A DNA stretch of 64,000 nucleotides from the human T2T-CHM13v2.0 reference genome, Homo sapiens (GCF_009914755.1 NC_060934.1); one strand, 5' to 3'; positions 16,333 to 30,890 are shown, counted from the stretch's first letter. A program made the numbers and translations. The notes: generated by a model from the sequence alone, not told the origin.

Positions 16333-18819
16333 CTACCCACCATTCTTGATACACACATTTTAAGGCAAAACTTTTGTATTTTATTCTACATTATAATTTT
16401 CACATTTGGGCATTGTAGCCTGACTTTCAGATTCACGTATCTCCTACTGCTCAGCAAACTAAACTGATGGGACCAACAGAAGTTTATTTCCATGGGAGCA
16501 AAAAAGGATCCTTGAACTATAATAGAACCCATGTCGGTTATGAAGGTGCAACATGTCTTGCATAAGTTGGGATGACTTAATGTTTTCTGTAAGGGGAAAG
16601 AATCCTGGAAGAGAACTTTTCCAAAGTTGACCCAGGGACAGGTCAGGAGCTCCTTTTTGAACACAGGGGAGAAGCGATGCTACATAAAACACAGGTCTGA
16701 TGCCAGAGTGTCACAGCCCGGTGCCTGCCATACCCCTGCACGCACAGAGAAATGCACCTCTGTAGTCCAGGCCTCCACAGCTTGGTGATTCTTGGCATAG
16801 TCTTAACATCCCTGGGAGGAAATTATTATACCAGATAGAGCAGGAGGACTATGGTGACCCAAGGAGAAGTGGGAGCATCATGTCAAAGTCTCAGGGAACG
16901 CTAAGCTCCAAAGAGCCAGAGTTTTCTCCTCGAGGCAGGAGCTTTTTGGTACTCAACTAGTGGCAGCTGAGAAATGAGGTACCGGAGAAGCAGCGGTCTC
17001 ACCCAGAGGGAGGGAACTTGGTCATGAGCTTATCAGAAACATCTCCAAGATACTCCCAGCAATGTTGAGGAGGGAAAATGTAGAAGGCTGGCAACCCCCA
17101 TCAGTGGTTCAGATGATGTGTCAGTGGACTGGGAGAGATAGGTTTCAATAGGACCTCATCAGGACATCTAGGGTGGTGGGTCCTGTGGAAATTCTGTTGA
17201 TGGACCAGGTTTCTTAAAGCAAGACTGACCTATACCTATGCTGGAAAATGAAATTTATGTACCACACCCACCCACACAAACACAACTTAAGCTCTGTCCC
17301 CTGTTTCCAAGAATAAATGGAAAACATGAGTCCTGATCCCTTTATTGCCTCAGATTAATCCCTCTTGGCCATGGAACAAATCACAGTGCCATGGCTGTGG
17401 CTCACATTAGACCTGACCAGCATGGAGTGATTCAACACTTAGTCACCATTTGTGCAGATTCTTCTCAACCCCCTCAGACTCTCTGGGAGATTCTCCTTGG
17501 AAACCAGTGAATAAAAGCCCATCTGATGCCACATCAGCAGTGATTCTAGGACTAACAAATTGGGATGGCCAGAGAAGGCCTGCCATGATAGAGTTGTTTC
17601 ACCTTGTTTGCCAACTTCACTCAGTGGCTGGGAGATGACAAAGACCTACTCAGGGCCTGGAAGGAAAAACTAATGCAATGACCAATTAATGGCAATAACC
17701 TTATGCATGAGAGGAGACAGAGGTGGCACCTGTCCCACTTATCTGCTGTGCCCATTTAAAACAATCTTTTAATGTTTGTATCTAGAGGTAATCAGAGAAA
17801 GCCTCCGTTAGACCCTAAGGAGGAAAGCTTTAGGGCACAACCAGGGACGGGCGACTTCTCCCGATTCGCTGGAATCTGTGAAGATAGGACTAGATGAGTA
17901 GTTAGGACAACAGTTCAAGCAGAGAAGGGTGGCATCAACCTTTGTGTCCCCACTCTAAGGCCTGGGCTCTGATAGGGTGGCTATTTTTCTCCTTCACCTA
18001 TACCAGGCAACTCCAGTGCCCAGGGGACACCTAGACCAAGGTTCGGGCTGTCTGAGAACCTCATTTAAAGTTCTCTCTCTAATCGTCAGCTCAGCCACTA
18101 GAGCTGACAGGCATAAGCATAAAGTGAGCTTGAGAGGTGTTTATCCTGGCGTCCAGGGGCTGCCATGTTCTCATCGTAGCTCTCACTTCTCCTTTGCTGT
18201 ATCAGAGAGGTCGCCCTTTTATAGCCTGGTGAGCATTTATGGCACCTCTGCGAATTGATTAGGTTCAGCTGGTTCTGTTTTACCTCTTCAAAAAGATACA
18301 TAGAGATTTTCACAAGATTTTTTTAAAAAATCTTTCAACCAGAAGACAAAGCAAACTGGAGAAAAAAAATGTGGTCCTGGAAAAAATCAAAGGATGTTCT
18401 CTTGTGCTGAGGAATGCTCTCATGATTCAGTATGCCCTGGGGATGTCTCTTTATGGCATCTCACTTCCAGAGAGTGAGGAAGGGGCTGCACGAGGAAAGA
18501 GAGATGAAGGACTTGACTTGTGCCCAAGCCCATAAAAAGGCTGAAGGAAAAGAATGGGTTACACTACAAAGATATAACTGGCCGCCTGAGTCCTGCACTG
18601 GGGGAGCCTGCAAAGTCCTCTATGAGGTGTCTGCATTGAAGCCTGGCTGGGGCCCTGACTTATTTTGGGGGATTGGAGGGGTTCGTGCCCTGACTTGGGG
18701 AAAGCTCACCTCTCCAGAGAGACGTGCTGTAGAAACACAGTGGAAGACATTTCTAGGGTTAGTGAGCCAAGGAAAAAAAAACAATAATAACAGCATAGTG
18801 ATAATTGTAGTATTAATTG

Positions 18820-19066
18820 TAGGTAACAAGTGCTTACTATGTGCTTGATGATCTGATAAGCCCTTTACTTACATGATCTTATGTAATCTTCATGATAATA
18901 TTATGACATAGTAGGTATTAATATTATGTTTATTGTATGAATAAAAAAATGAGAATCTGAGTCATTAAGTAACTTGCTCAAGGTCATCAATTTTTGTCCT
19001 AGCAAAAGCAGGACTGGAAGTCAAGCCATGTAATTTCAGAACCAGAGGCCTCAAGCACCACACTGC
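18820..19066 (-). mobile_element. MIR (MIRb-like), near full length
   Basis: gtgcttactatgtgc...taagtaacttgctcaaggtca...aagcaccacactg. Confidence 0.8.
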
Positions 19067-19639
19067 AGTGCTGCTAATTAATCAGTACCACTAATTTGTG
19101 AGATGTGCAAAGCCTGTAGTCGACTGCAAAGTTCTCACCAGGCCAGGAGTGGGTGCAGCAACATCCGTGGGAGTCTGCTTGCCAGCTGCAGGCCCACTCC
19201 TCTGGCCAGCCCAGCTCATGGCCAAAGCCACTCTCCTTGTCTCCTTCTGGTACTGGAATGGTTCCAGGCTCTGCTTCCCATTTTTTTTCTTTGAATTCGC
19301 TCTATCCTCAGCCCCCATCCTGCCACATCTGAGATCTGACTCTTCTCTGCCTGGGGTATAGCCCACCTCATGCCCAAGGCTTCTGGGTCCCCTCCACGGA
19401 AACCATGGTGCCAGGGGACTCTGGGGAGGCCAGTTGTAGAAGAGATTACATGCAAAAGTGCAGACCCAGGGACCCCTTGGTCTTGCATGTGATCTCTTCT
19501 CCACCTGAAACACTACCTGCTCTTGAATGAATTTTTATTTGTTTTCAACCTCAGCTTCTGAGCCTGTGAACTGGGTTGTTTGGCCTTGTGTGAGAGTCCT
19601 ACACTCACCTCTACTGGCTCACTTCTACTTTCACTTGTC

Positions 19640-19770
19640 ACGCTCTATGAAGGAGCAATAGAGGACCTCCTTGCAGACAGGGTTCAGATTTTAGTGCCTC
19701 AAATACTAGCATAGGCCTGGACCACAGTGGGTACTAGATGGATCATTGTTTAACAAATGAACAAAGATAA
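19640..19770 (+). mobile_element. L2 3'-end fragment
   Basis: tactagcataggcctggaccacagtgggtact...ttgtttaacaaatgaacaaa. Confidence 0.5.
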
Positions 19771-19936
19771 AGCATGAACTAATTCTGTACTCCACATCAA
19801 GCCTCAGAGCCAAGAGCCTCTACTGGGCTGAGTTGTCGCCAAGAGCTGCACTCCTTCGTTCATTCACAGTCTTCCCCAGAGGATGGGGGAGACTCAAAGG
19901 TAAGGCAGCCCCTGCTGGCAGGCAGCCTACTGCGTT

Positions 19937-20270
<334 letters not shown>

Positions 20271-20299
20271 CTAAGTTCATGGTCATGGTCTACATCTAC

Positions 20300-22045
20300 T
20301 GGATTTTTAAAAACTTTTTAATTTTAAAGTAATTATAGAATCACAGGAAGTTGCAAAAAATGTGTGGGAAAGTTTTGTGTGTCCCTCACCCAGTTTTGTT
20401 CAGTGTTAACATCTTGCCCAACTACAAAACAACATAGAAACCAGGAAACTGACTGTGATAGAGGCCACAGATGTTATTTGAATTTCACCGTTTTGCACAC
20501 ATTCATTTCTAGGTGTTCATGTGTTCTCTGCCATTCTGCCACATCTGCACATTTGTGTACCCACCACCACCATACATAGGACCATTTCACTGCCACAATA
20601 TAAAGAGTGCATCATCTCTTTAAAGTCACATTCACCCTTCTCCCCCAGCCTCAATCCCTGGCAAATTAGATCACAATTTAGTGAAATTGTTCTCCATCGC
20701 CATAATTTTTTTTTTTATTTTGAGACCATCATGTAAATGGAATCATACAATATGTAACCATGTGAGATTTACCTTTATCACTCAACTTAATTCCCTTGAG
20801 ATCATCCAAGTTGTGGCATGTGTGAAGAGTTCATTCCTTTCTATTGCTAAGCTGTAGTCCACCACGTGGAGGTACCCAAGTTTGTTTAACCACTCACTGC
20901 ACATAGGACATCTGGGTTGTCTCATTTTGGCTACTACAAGTAAAACTGCTATAAACACTCATATGCATGCCTGTGTGGAAGCATAAGATTTCATTTCTTT
21001 GGGATAAAAAATCAAGAATGTAATTGCTAAGCCATATGATAGTTACATGATTAGTGTTAAGAAACTGTCAAACTTTTCCAGAATGACTAGATCATTTTAC
21101 ATTCCCACCAATAACGAGTGCGTGATCCGGGTTCTCTACATCCTCACCAGCATTTGGTGTTATCACTATTTCTGATTTCAGCCATTCTGATAGGGGTGTG
21201 GTGGTATCTCATTGTAGTTTTAATCTGCATTTCCCTGATGATTAATAATGTTGAACATAATTTCATGTATTTATTTACTCTCTATGTATCCTCTTCAGTA
21301 AAATGTATGTTCTCCCTTTTTTCCATTTTCTAATTAGATTTTTTTTACTGTTGAATTTTGAGATTTCTTTATGTATTCTAAAACATTGTATGTCAGATGT
21401 GTGGTTTGCAAATATTTTCTCCCAACTTGTAGCTTGCTTTTTGTTTATTTTTTTTTTCATTTTCTTCATGGGGTCTTTCATTGAACAAGTTTAAAAAATT
21501 TTTATTATATATAGTTTATCAATTTTTCCCTGTATAGGTTGTACTTTTAGTGTCAAGTTTAAAAACTCTTAACCTAGCTTTAGGTCCAGAAGATTTTCTC
21601 CTAAGTTTCTTTTTCTGAAATATTGATAAGTTTACCTTCTGTATCCGTGATTCATTTGAGTTAACTTATACAAAAGTTGTGAGGTTTAGGTTGAGATTCT
21701 TTTTTTTATTTTGCTAACGGATGTCCAATTGCACCAACACCAGTGATGGAAAAGCCTACGTTTTCTCCATTGAACTGCTTTTGCACCTCTTTTAAAAATC
21801 AGTTGGCCTTTTTAGTGTGATTATTTATGGATTCTCTATCCCATCGATCTATGTGTCTATTCATCTGCCAATACTATGCTATCTTAATTACTGAATTATT
21901 TTTGCACTTCAGTCTTTTCAAGATTGTTGTAGCTCTTCTAGGTCCTCTGACTTTCCATATAAAAGGTAGAAGAAGCTTGTCTGTCTCTGCAAAAAATATT
22001 GCTGGGATTCTAGTAAGAATTACATTAAGTTTATACATCAATTTG
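20300..22045 (-). mobile_element. Old L1 (L1MC/L1ME-class) 3' end and ORF2 C-terminal part
   Basis: 3' end gtaattatagaatcacaggaagttgc...; minus-strand peptide KKQATSWEKIFANHTSD (ORF2). Confidence 0.8.
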
Positions 22046-22298
22046 GAGGAGGGCTGTTATTTTGCTCCATTTTCCTTCAGGTCCTTTTATCCATCCTTCA
22101 AAAGCAAGGAGTTGGGGCCATGTGGGCAAAAGGAGAAAAACCTGTTCCCCTCTTGAGGATGTTCTGCTGCTGCTCATTCTGTGCTGGGAGCGGACTGGCC
22201 ACAGCACCCCAGACCCTAAAGGTGGCAGCATCACTGCCCTGTAATCCACCCCATGTCTCCCTGGGCTTGTGCCTGGGAGTGAACTGCATCTGTATTGG

Positions 22299-22705
22299 TG
22301 TATTAGTCCATATTGGCATTGCTATAAAGAAATACCTGAGACTGGGTAATTATAAAGAGGTTTAATTGGCTCACGGTTCTGTAGGCTGTATAGGAATTAT
22401 AATGGCTTCTGCTTCTGAGGAGGCTTAAGAAATTTCCAATCATGGCAGAAGGTAAAGAAGGGCCAGGTGTTTCACATGGCAGGAGCGGAAGAGAGAGAGA
22501 GAGAGAGGAAATGCCACACAATTTTAAATAACCAAGTCTCATGAGAACTTACTATGGCGAAGACAGTATTGAGAGGAATGGTGCTAAACCATTCGTAAGA
22601 AATGCACCTCCTTGATCCAGTCACCTCCCACCAGGCCCTACCTCCAACACTGGGGATTAGTACTGAAGATGGAGTTTGGGCAGAACACAGATCCAAACCA
22701 TATCA
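22299..22705 (-). mobile_element. MSTA (ERVL-MaLR) solo LTR
   Basis: tgtattagtcc...atccaaaccatatca termini; ggtgctaaaccattc and cacctcccaccaggcc motifs; 5-bp TSD attgg/gttgg. Confidence 0.9.
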
Positions 22706-24705
22706 GTTGGCATCACCTCACCTGTGCCCACCACTCATAGTCCTAGGCTGAAGTGGGTAGTGACCACAATCCTTTTGTCCCTTACTCCCCTGAGCAGGTA
22801 GAACTTCTGACCCCTAAGTACTGTGTGGGATTAACAAAGGATTGCAAACACTAGACCATGAATGAATCTGTGGCCACCATGACAGAGTGACATGGAAAGG
22901 GCCCTTGTCTCATTTCTCTGTCATGTTGTAAGTCTTTCCCACCTTGTGAGCCCAGAGGACACAATTAGGCAGGTAATACACTGGGGTATGTAATGTAACT
23001 AATTCCTAAATGAACCAGGCTCCACTCAACAAAGATATCTTTGTTGCTCCCAGAAAATTGGATGTGGATCTGTGTTGGCCTGCTTCTATGGCCACCACTG
23101 TCTGGAAAGCATGGTTTTGAAGCTTGCTGGGACAGGAAAGAGATTGTTGGAGGGCAGAGCCAAGACTTCATACTATCTCAGCCCAGAAATGGTGCACAGC
23201 ACTCTTGCTTGTGGTTTGGTGGCCCCTCTGGTCACATGGCCCCAGTTATGAGAAGAATGAAAACGCTATTGCAGGGAGCACTAAGCATCTCTGCCAATGA
23301 GAATGAAGATTGACTCTCTTCCACCTGAAGGTTAAGGTGAGTTTGTTTAATGGAAATAAAGTAATCTGATAATGCTTATGCACACATTTATGGGGTGATT
23401 GCATACCCTGTCATATGTTGTAGACTGGGCTGCTCTAAGCTGATGGATGTGAATGATGCCACTTGAGCTGCTTAATGCATGCATCAACACAACACTCGCC
23501 TCCACTCTTCACACTAACACTTCTGCTTTGTCTTCTCTAAGGCCTTCAGAAGAGGGATCCATGGCCACAAGGAGGATCAGCCCCCACATAAAAGTCCAGT
23601 TTCAGGTGCTGACTGTTCTCTGGAAAGTGTAAATATTATATTCCAAGACTGCCAGGCTGGTGTCTCCTCTACTTCATTACAAACTGAACCAGATTCTGAA
23701 ACGTTGTACATTAACCTCGGTTGCTGGATTCTAGCCCATAAATTCATATTTCTGCAAAACCCTCAATGAATGTATTTAAGGCTATGTTAGTGTCTTTAAA
23801 GAACTGGATATGATCACTGCAATCTCACTCAATTATTTTAGCAATATTTTTGCATTACTTTCAGAGTTGCTTTTGCCTAATTTCTCTGGAGATAATTGGC
23901 TGGGCAAATAGGGGGAAGGCTCAGGGGAGAAGTGAAGCTTACATACATGAATACTTTCCTCGGTGCCAGGAACTCAGAGGATGATAAATTGCACGCACCG
24001 TGGGTGCCCGTGGTCTTGGCTGCTGGCAGTCATTCTGTTCCAGAAGGCAAAGATTGGCAGACTGCACAAACTCCAGGTTACCTCCAAATATCATTTCCAG
24101 TTTTAAACAAATTTCACTTGTTTGGAAGGCATCTGATTTTTTTCCTTTTCTTAAACCTACTTTTTATTGTGATTATTCCTCAATGTGTTATACAAAGTCT
24201 CTGACTGTGGAGCTCATCATTTTGACAGGTGAACGTGCATCACTGCTGGGGCAGGAAGGAAGCAGGGAGCACTTTCTTGGGGCTCCCCCCGTGACCCTCT
24301 CCTGGGATCTGTTTCCTTTCAGGGACAGCATTTGAATGGCAATAGTTGGAGGTTTCAAATAAAAATGTGTCTAATAATGAAGCACAACAGTTTATTTCAG
24401 GGTCAGCACAGCACTCGCCATGAGGGGCCGGGACTTGGCCTGCTTCACTCAAACCTCCAGGCCCCAGGCTGGCCAGGGCATTGCCCTCTGCTCAGGAGGC
24501 TTCATTCTTTCTCGGCACAGTCTCTCTCATGCAACACAACAAACGTCTCTACCACAGGCTGGCTCTGAAGCTGTTGGATCTTCATTGCCCAAATCTCAAA
24601 GCCAAGCAGTCACACCAGGAGGAACTGGAGCTGGTGAACTTTGTGTTCAGGTTTCAGTATGCTTCAGCCATTGTCAGTGAGTCCATAGAGAGCCTGAAAT
24701 AGGTA

Positions 24706-24952
24706 GTGAGTGTGTGCATGGGTACATACATTTGCATGTATGTGTATATATGCATGTATGTGTGTACATGTGTGCATGTGTAGGCATGAACAGTATGTGT
24801 ATAATCTATGCATGTGCATAATTGCATGTGTGTATATATAAATAGGTGTATGCATGTGTGTAGGTATATACACATGTGTGTAGGTGTGTATGTATAGATT
24901 CAATATATGTGCATATATATATGTACAGGCATATATATATATATGTATATAT
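24706..24952. repeat. Degenerate alternating purine-pyrimidine (TG/CA/TA) simple repeat
   Basis: ~250 bp of tgtgtgcatg/tatatatg units. Confidence 0.9.
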
Positions 24953-26564
24953 ACTTAACAGAAACCACATGGCAGTTTGGCATATTTCTGTTTCCTTTGG
25001 ATTTCAAGTCTGAAAAGAGCATATTTCCAATCATGTGCAGAGGGGCTCCGTGGAGCTTATGAACATAGAACTCGGAGGCAAGTGAGTCAGATTGAGAAAA
25101 CAGGTTGGCCTCTTGTGATCAGTTCCTTTGAGCCCTGAGGGTACCACATTCCACCAGTGAAACACAAACCCCAAAAGTCCTGTCCTGTGGCTGGAGACCA
25201 TCCCCACATCCCTACTCTGGGAAGGCGATTGTGCGAAGCACAGCAGGAGTATGGAGGCCTCCTATGGAGATCTGGAAAGAGTTACCAAGCTTACATTGAT
25301 TCTCTTCCCCTCCACAACTAAAACCTCAGAAGGAAATCCATACAAGGAAATCTCCGGATGTGTTATCTTTGGAGCCCAGGCTCCAGCTAGATCCTAGGGT
25401 GGGATGTGAAGGATCACACCCAACTGCGGGACCAGTCAGTCCCAGGGTCCCTGGGAACTCTGGAGCTATACTGGGGTGCAGAGGAAGATGGCCCCCACAG
25501 CCCACTTCCAATCCTAGTTTTTCAAAGACACATAAACTACTTTTCTTTGAATTACCTTCACATATTTGCTGTTTGCAATTGCAAGGGTCCTAGCCCTATT
25601 ATTTGTGCAATTTGGCTGGAAAAAGAGGACTCAGCCCTTCAGGGTCAGCTCCATGTGAGTGCTGTGCTGCATACCTCACTTCTTACTGGTTTTCATAAAT
25701 TCCATTGCTGTCAGCTCAGGTTTTATGTGGGGGAGCTAATACAGGCAGTGGCCAGGAAGGAGCCAAGCCAGCCAAATTGTTCATCCGAATCTATTTAGCA
25801 TCGAATACCGAGAAGTGAAGAAACAGACAGGGGGAAGGAAGATGAGATGCTCTGGTGGAAAACTGTTAAACATTGAGAGTACTTGGCAGGAGAACCTCAA
25901 ATAAATCACGAGTGGTCTGCACCTCACAGGGAGACCCTTTGGTCCCTAGAAACCTCGGTGGGGGGTGAGACATGAGAGAGAGAAGCCAGTCAGTTCTCAG
26001 AGAATGTGGTGAAAAGACAGGCATCTCCAAGGTCCTTCCACAAACTTCCATCCTCCGCACCACTCAGGTCAGCAAGCCACAAAACTCTCATCTGTAACCC
26101 TGCCTACCAGTACTGAGTTACTGGGTTCACACAGGGTGTCACTGCTAGCTTCCACGGACCCAAGCTGATGCTCCACAGTTCTGCTGCTGGCCAGGCTGCC
26201 TCTGGAACCAGCAGTTCCAGGAGCCGTTTTCCCTGAGTGCAGAGCACGCCACTGAGTCTAGGAACATGTCAGCGGTGTGTGCAAGTGAGATGATTCTCCC
26301 TCCTGAGGCACAGAGAATCCTACAGCCTCCCACTTAATACAGAGATAGTAACAGTAACAAAACTAGCAAACTTTTACTGAATTCTATATGCTCACCCCTG
26401 TGTAATTGAATATAAGTTGTGTCCCTAAATACTCATAGAAATCTTGTGTCTTCCTAGAACTTTTCCTTGAGATTCTAAACAGATTGAGAGGTCCTTACCC
26501 GCAGTGTGTAGCACAGAGTTGACCCCGCGGTAGAGCTGATTACTTAAGAAGTGGACACTAGATG

Positions 26565-26845
26565 AGGACTGTCCCATAAAAACAACAGGGAGACACATAT
26601 GTAATTCTAAACTTTCTAGTAGCTGCAATAAAAAACTAAAAATAACAGTGAATTAACTTTAATTATATATTCTATTTAACCCCATATGTAAAACAGTATT
26701 ATTTCATCATGTAATATCAAATTATGAATAAGTAGTTTACATTCCTTTTCTGTACAGTATTTTATACTCACAGTGCACCTCTATTTAGATGAGCCTCATT
26801 TCAATGGCTGGGTAGCCACCTTTGGCTGCTGGCTACAGTATGCCC
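26565..26845 (+). mobile_element. MER33 (hAT-Charlie) fossil
   Basis: cacatatgtaattctaaactttctagtagc...atttcaatggctgggtagccacctttggctgctggctac. Confidence 0.75.
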
Positions 26846-26969
26846 CGGGTTAAGTGTCTCTGGGCCCCACATGCACAGCAAACTCCTGACTCTCTAGAGT
26901 TTACTGGTAACAGAAAGAAAATCTGGAAGAACTCACACTAAAGGTTCTTCTTATTTATCCATTAGTGAG

Positions 26970-27195
26970 AATAACAGTAACAAAAACAATAGCTACTTTT
27001 AGGGTGTGTGTCTTATTCTAGATACTCTGCTAAGAGCTTTACACGACAGCAATGAATTCCCGCTGTGGGAGACCTCCACTATTGTAATGTCCTTTATTGC
27101 TGAACAAGTTCAGACTTGGAGTAGTTCTGTAACTTCCTCAAGTTTTGTAGTTAGTACCTGGCCAGACCAGCTCTGAATCCAGACCATCTGATTCA
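26970..27195 (-). mobile_element. MIR SINE
   Basis: atactctgctaagagctttacac...gtaacttcctcaag...tgaatccagaccatctgattc. Confidence 0.6.
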
Positions 27196-29369
27196 CACCC
27201 CCCTACAAACAGGGACACAGGAAGGAAGGCACGGGGGTGATTCCATAGGTCTTCATGCTGCTACGCTGGATTTGGGGAAGCAGAATGCCAGGGGAACAAG
27301 AGTGTGGCTTAATGAGGTGCTGAAGAGATGAGGACCTGCTGGCCTGGAAATACTAAAACTGGAAAGAAAAATCTAAAATATTTACACCACTAAAAGAAGG
27401 AAAGCTAAGGAGAGCCTGGACACTCATTATGAATCCTTGCCTAGCAGAACTGGGGGTGGGGAAGGAAATTTGACAGCATTTGCAATCTAGAAGTAAAGAT
27501 ATATGACTTCATTTATGCCGTGTGAGCACTATAAAAACAGGAATCAGGCATTCAATCAACTTGAACCTCAGTTTCCATATCTGAAACATCTAATAAGACA
27601 GAATATGCAGGAATATTACTTATGTTTCTATTAAAAGTCTTAAACATAGCAAATAGTAAAATTATAGACATTATTTCTCCATTTTGTAGTATTGGCTAAC
27701 ATTATCAATATATTCAAAAGAAACCATATATAATTTACAAATAATTAAATCAGAAGGTTTATCAACAATACATAGGTTACTTAGATCCACTCCTAGCCTT
27801 TTGAGGAGGACATTACAGAAAATAGCCATTTATAAAATGAGATTTGAATTGAATGTAATGATTTTTATCCCTATATTATTTGAGAACTGAACCCTCATAC
27901 ACTCTCAACCTCAATCTCCAACACTGTGTGTGCATTTTTAATTAAATTAGTGCTATAGTTATTATATTTTACTTAAACAGTGTTTGTCAGATTCTTAGTT
28001 ATTATATTATCTTTATGAGTTTTGCCTTATCTTCTCACCTGTGTATCACCAATTTAATATTTTTATGTAAATTGATTTGATAATCTCTGCCTGTTACTGA
28101 GTTTTCAGACCGGTTACATCTAATGGCATTACATTAAAATAATAATGGTAATAACAATTATTATTATAGACATTACTAGATTGAATCTGCTATTTTGTTT
28201 CTATTTGTTTTCTTCTTTGTTCTTTTTTTTCTTTTTTTTTTTTTTTTGCTTTCTTCTGGATTAATTGAATAGTTTTCAAGATTCAGTTGTATTTCTATCA
28301 TTGCCTAATTAACTATACCATCTTTTAATTTTCTTAATAGCTGCTCTAGGTTTTGCAATATACATCTTTAACTTACTGAAGCTTTCCTTCAAATAATATC
28401 ATACATATTTTTTCACATATAATGTAACAATCTTATAACGGTATACTTCCACTTCTCCTATCCTTTGTGCTATTGCTTTTATATCATTCACTTTCACATA
28501 TATTATAAACCCCACCATACATTCTCATCTTCTTATTTTTTGCTTTAAACAGTAAATTTTCAAAAGAAGCTTTAACAATAAGAATAAAGTCTTTTATATT
28601 TACCTACATAGTTATTATTCCTAATGCTCTTTATTTCTTTGTATAGATCCAAGTTTTTATCTGATATCATTTTCCTTTGCCTAATTAACTTTCTTTAACA
28701 TTTCTTGAAGTGCAGGTCTATTGGCAATAATTCCTCCCAGCAATTTTTTATCTGGAAATGTTTATATTTCACATTTACACTTGAAATATATATATACTGG
28801 GTATAGTATTCTAGATTAACAGTTCTATTTTACTTTCAGTACACTAAAAATGTTGCTTCATTGTATTTTGGCTTATATAACTTCTGACTAGAAATATGCT
28901 ATTTGTATGTTGGTCTTGTGCATATAATGTCTTTTTTCTTGCTAGCTGCTCTTAGGAATTTCTCTTTATACTTAGTTATGTGCAATTTGATTATGATGTG
29001 CTTTGGTGTTATTTTCTTTATGTATGTCCTGTTTAGGGTTCATAGATTTTATTAGATCTCTGATAAATGGTTTTCATAATTTTGCAAATTTATGAAATGG
29101 TTTTCATAAATTTGCAAAATTTATATTTTATTTATATTTTTATATTTATATTTTCAAATATCTTTCTGTTCCTCCCTCTACCTCTTCCCCTTTTATGATT
29201 CCTACTATACGTTAGACTGCTTGATACCACAGCTCATGGAATCTCTTTTATTTATCAGTAATTTATCAGTATTTATAACCTCTGTATGATTCAGTATGTA
29301 GTTTTACGTTGTTTGTTTTCAAATCTACTGATATTATATTCTGCAATGTCTGTCACCATTTCTCATGAA

Positions 29370-29436
29370 AGATAGATAAGACAGATAGATACAGATAGAT
29401 AGGTAGATAGATAGATAGGTAGGCAGATAGATAGAT
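29370..29436. repeat. (GATA)n tetranucleotide microsatellite, imperfect
   Basis: Direct reading. Confidence 0.9.
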
Positions 29437-29867
29437 TTTTCTTCTAGTTATGGGCCACATTTTCTGTTTCTATATATATCTGGCAATTTTTTATTGAGTA
29501 TCAGACATAGTAGGTTTTGTTTTTTAGTTCTCTGGATCTTGTTGTATTCCTCTAATGAGTGTTACTTTTTTCTGTAAGGCAGTAAACTACTTACAGTGTA
29601 GCTTAATCCTTTCGAGTCTTATTTTTAACCTTTTCTAGGGCAGGTCTTGGGCTACTTTATTCCCACTACTATGGGATGATGTTTCTGGGATCATCACTAA
29701 ATGCCCCCTGTATCCAACCAGTCTCTTTCACACTGGATAGTGAAATATTGAATGATTTCAAACTGTGCAAAATTTAGGAATTGTTCATCTTACAGGTCCA
29801 CTGTCTATGTTATTTTCCTAGCAGTGTTCTTTGTCTGGTCTTGTAAAGTTTTGCCATATGCATATTA

Positions 29868-30172
<305 letters not shown>

Positions 30173-30890
30173 AAGATTAGTATTCAGCCAAAGACTCAAT
30201 TCAGCTTTTTGGAGCTTTTCCACTGTGTAATTAAGTCCTTACTTTATGGTACTTTGTCCCACCAATTCTAACTGCCTCATCCTTCTTGAACTCTGATCTA
30301 TGACATGTGAACTCAGAGAGATCCCAGGCTCTGTTTGAGTTTCTGCTCCCTGTGTCGTGGTCCAGAACTTACTCCCAGGTAGAATAGCAGGGTGACCATG
30401 GGATTACCTCCTTTGCTTCCATTTACTCACATGTCATAGTCTGGTCCTGTCTATTGCCCAGTGTTTGAAAGCAGATGTTTCATCTATTTTGCCCAGTTTT
30501 CTAGTTGTTATTGTTGTTGTTATTTTACTGTCATTACCTTCATAAGAGTCACTTCTTCATGGATGAATGCAAAAGTCGTTTTTATTTAAATTAAACTCCT
30601 TTTAAAAGTTATTCAAGTCAGTTAAATTATCATTTTAGGCACTAGTTACAATTTTATCACGCATATTAAAATAACTATACATTTTAAATAATGACATAAT
30701 TATTAAAATAAAAGTATGGATTTGTATACCATTTTAAATCATCTTGAGGCTTTCTAGGGACACAAATATCATACTTTGGGAAACTTTGTATAAATATTTT
30801 GGGTGGATGTGTATGAAACAAGATCAGCATTTTATATAATAGCAGGATCTAAATCAAAGGATGAAATGACACCTGAAATCATTCATTTAG

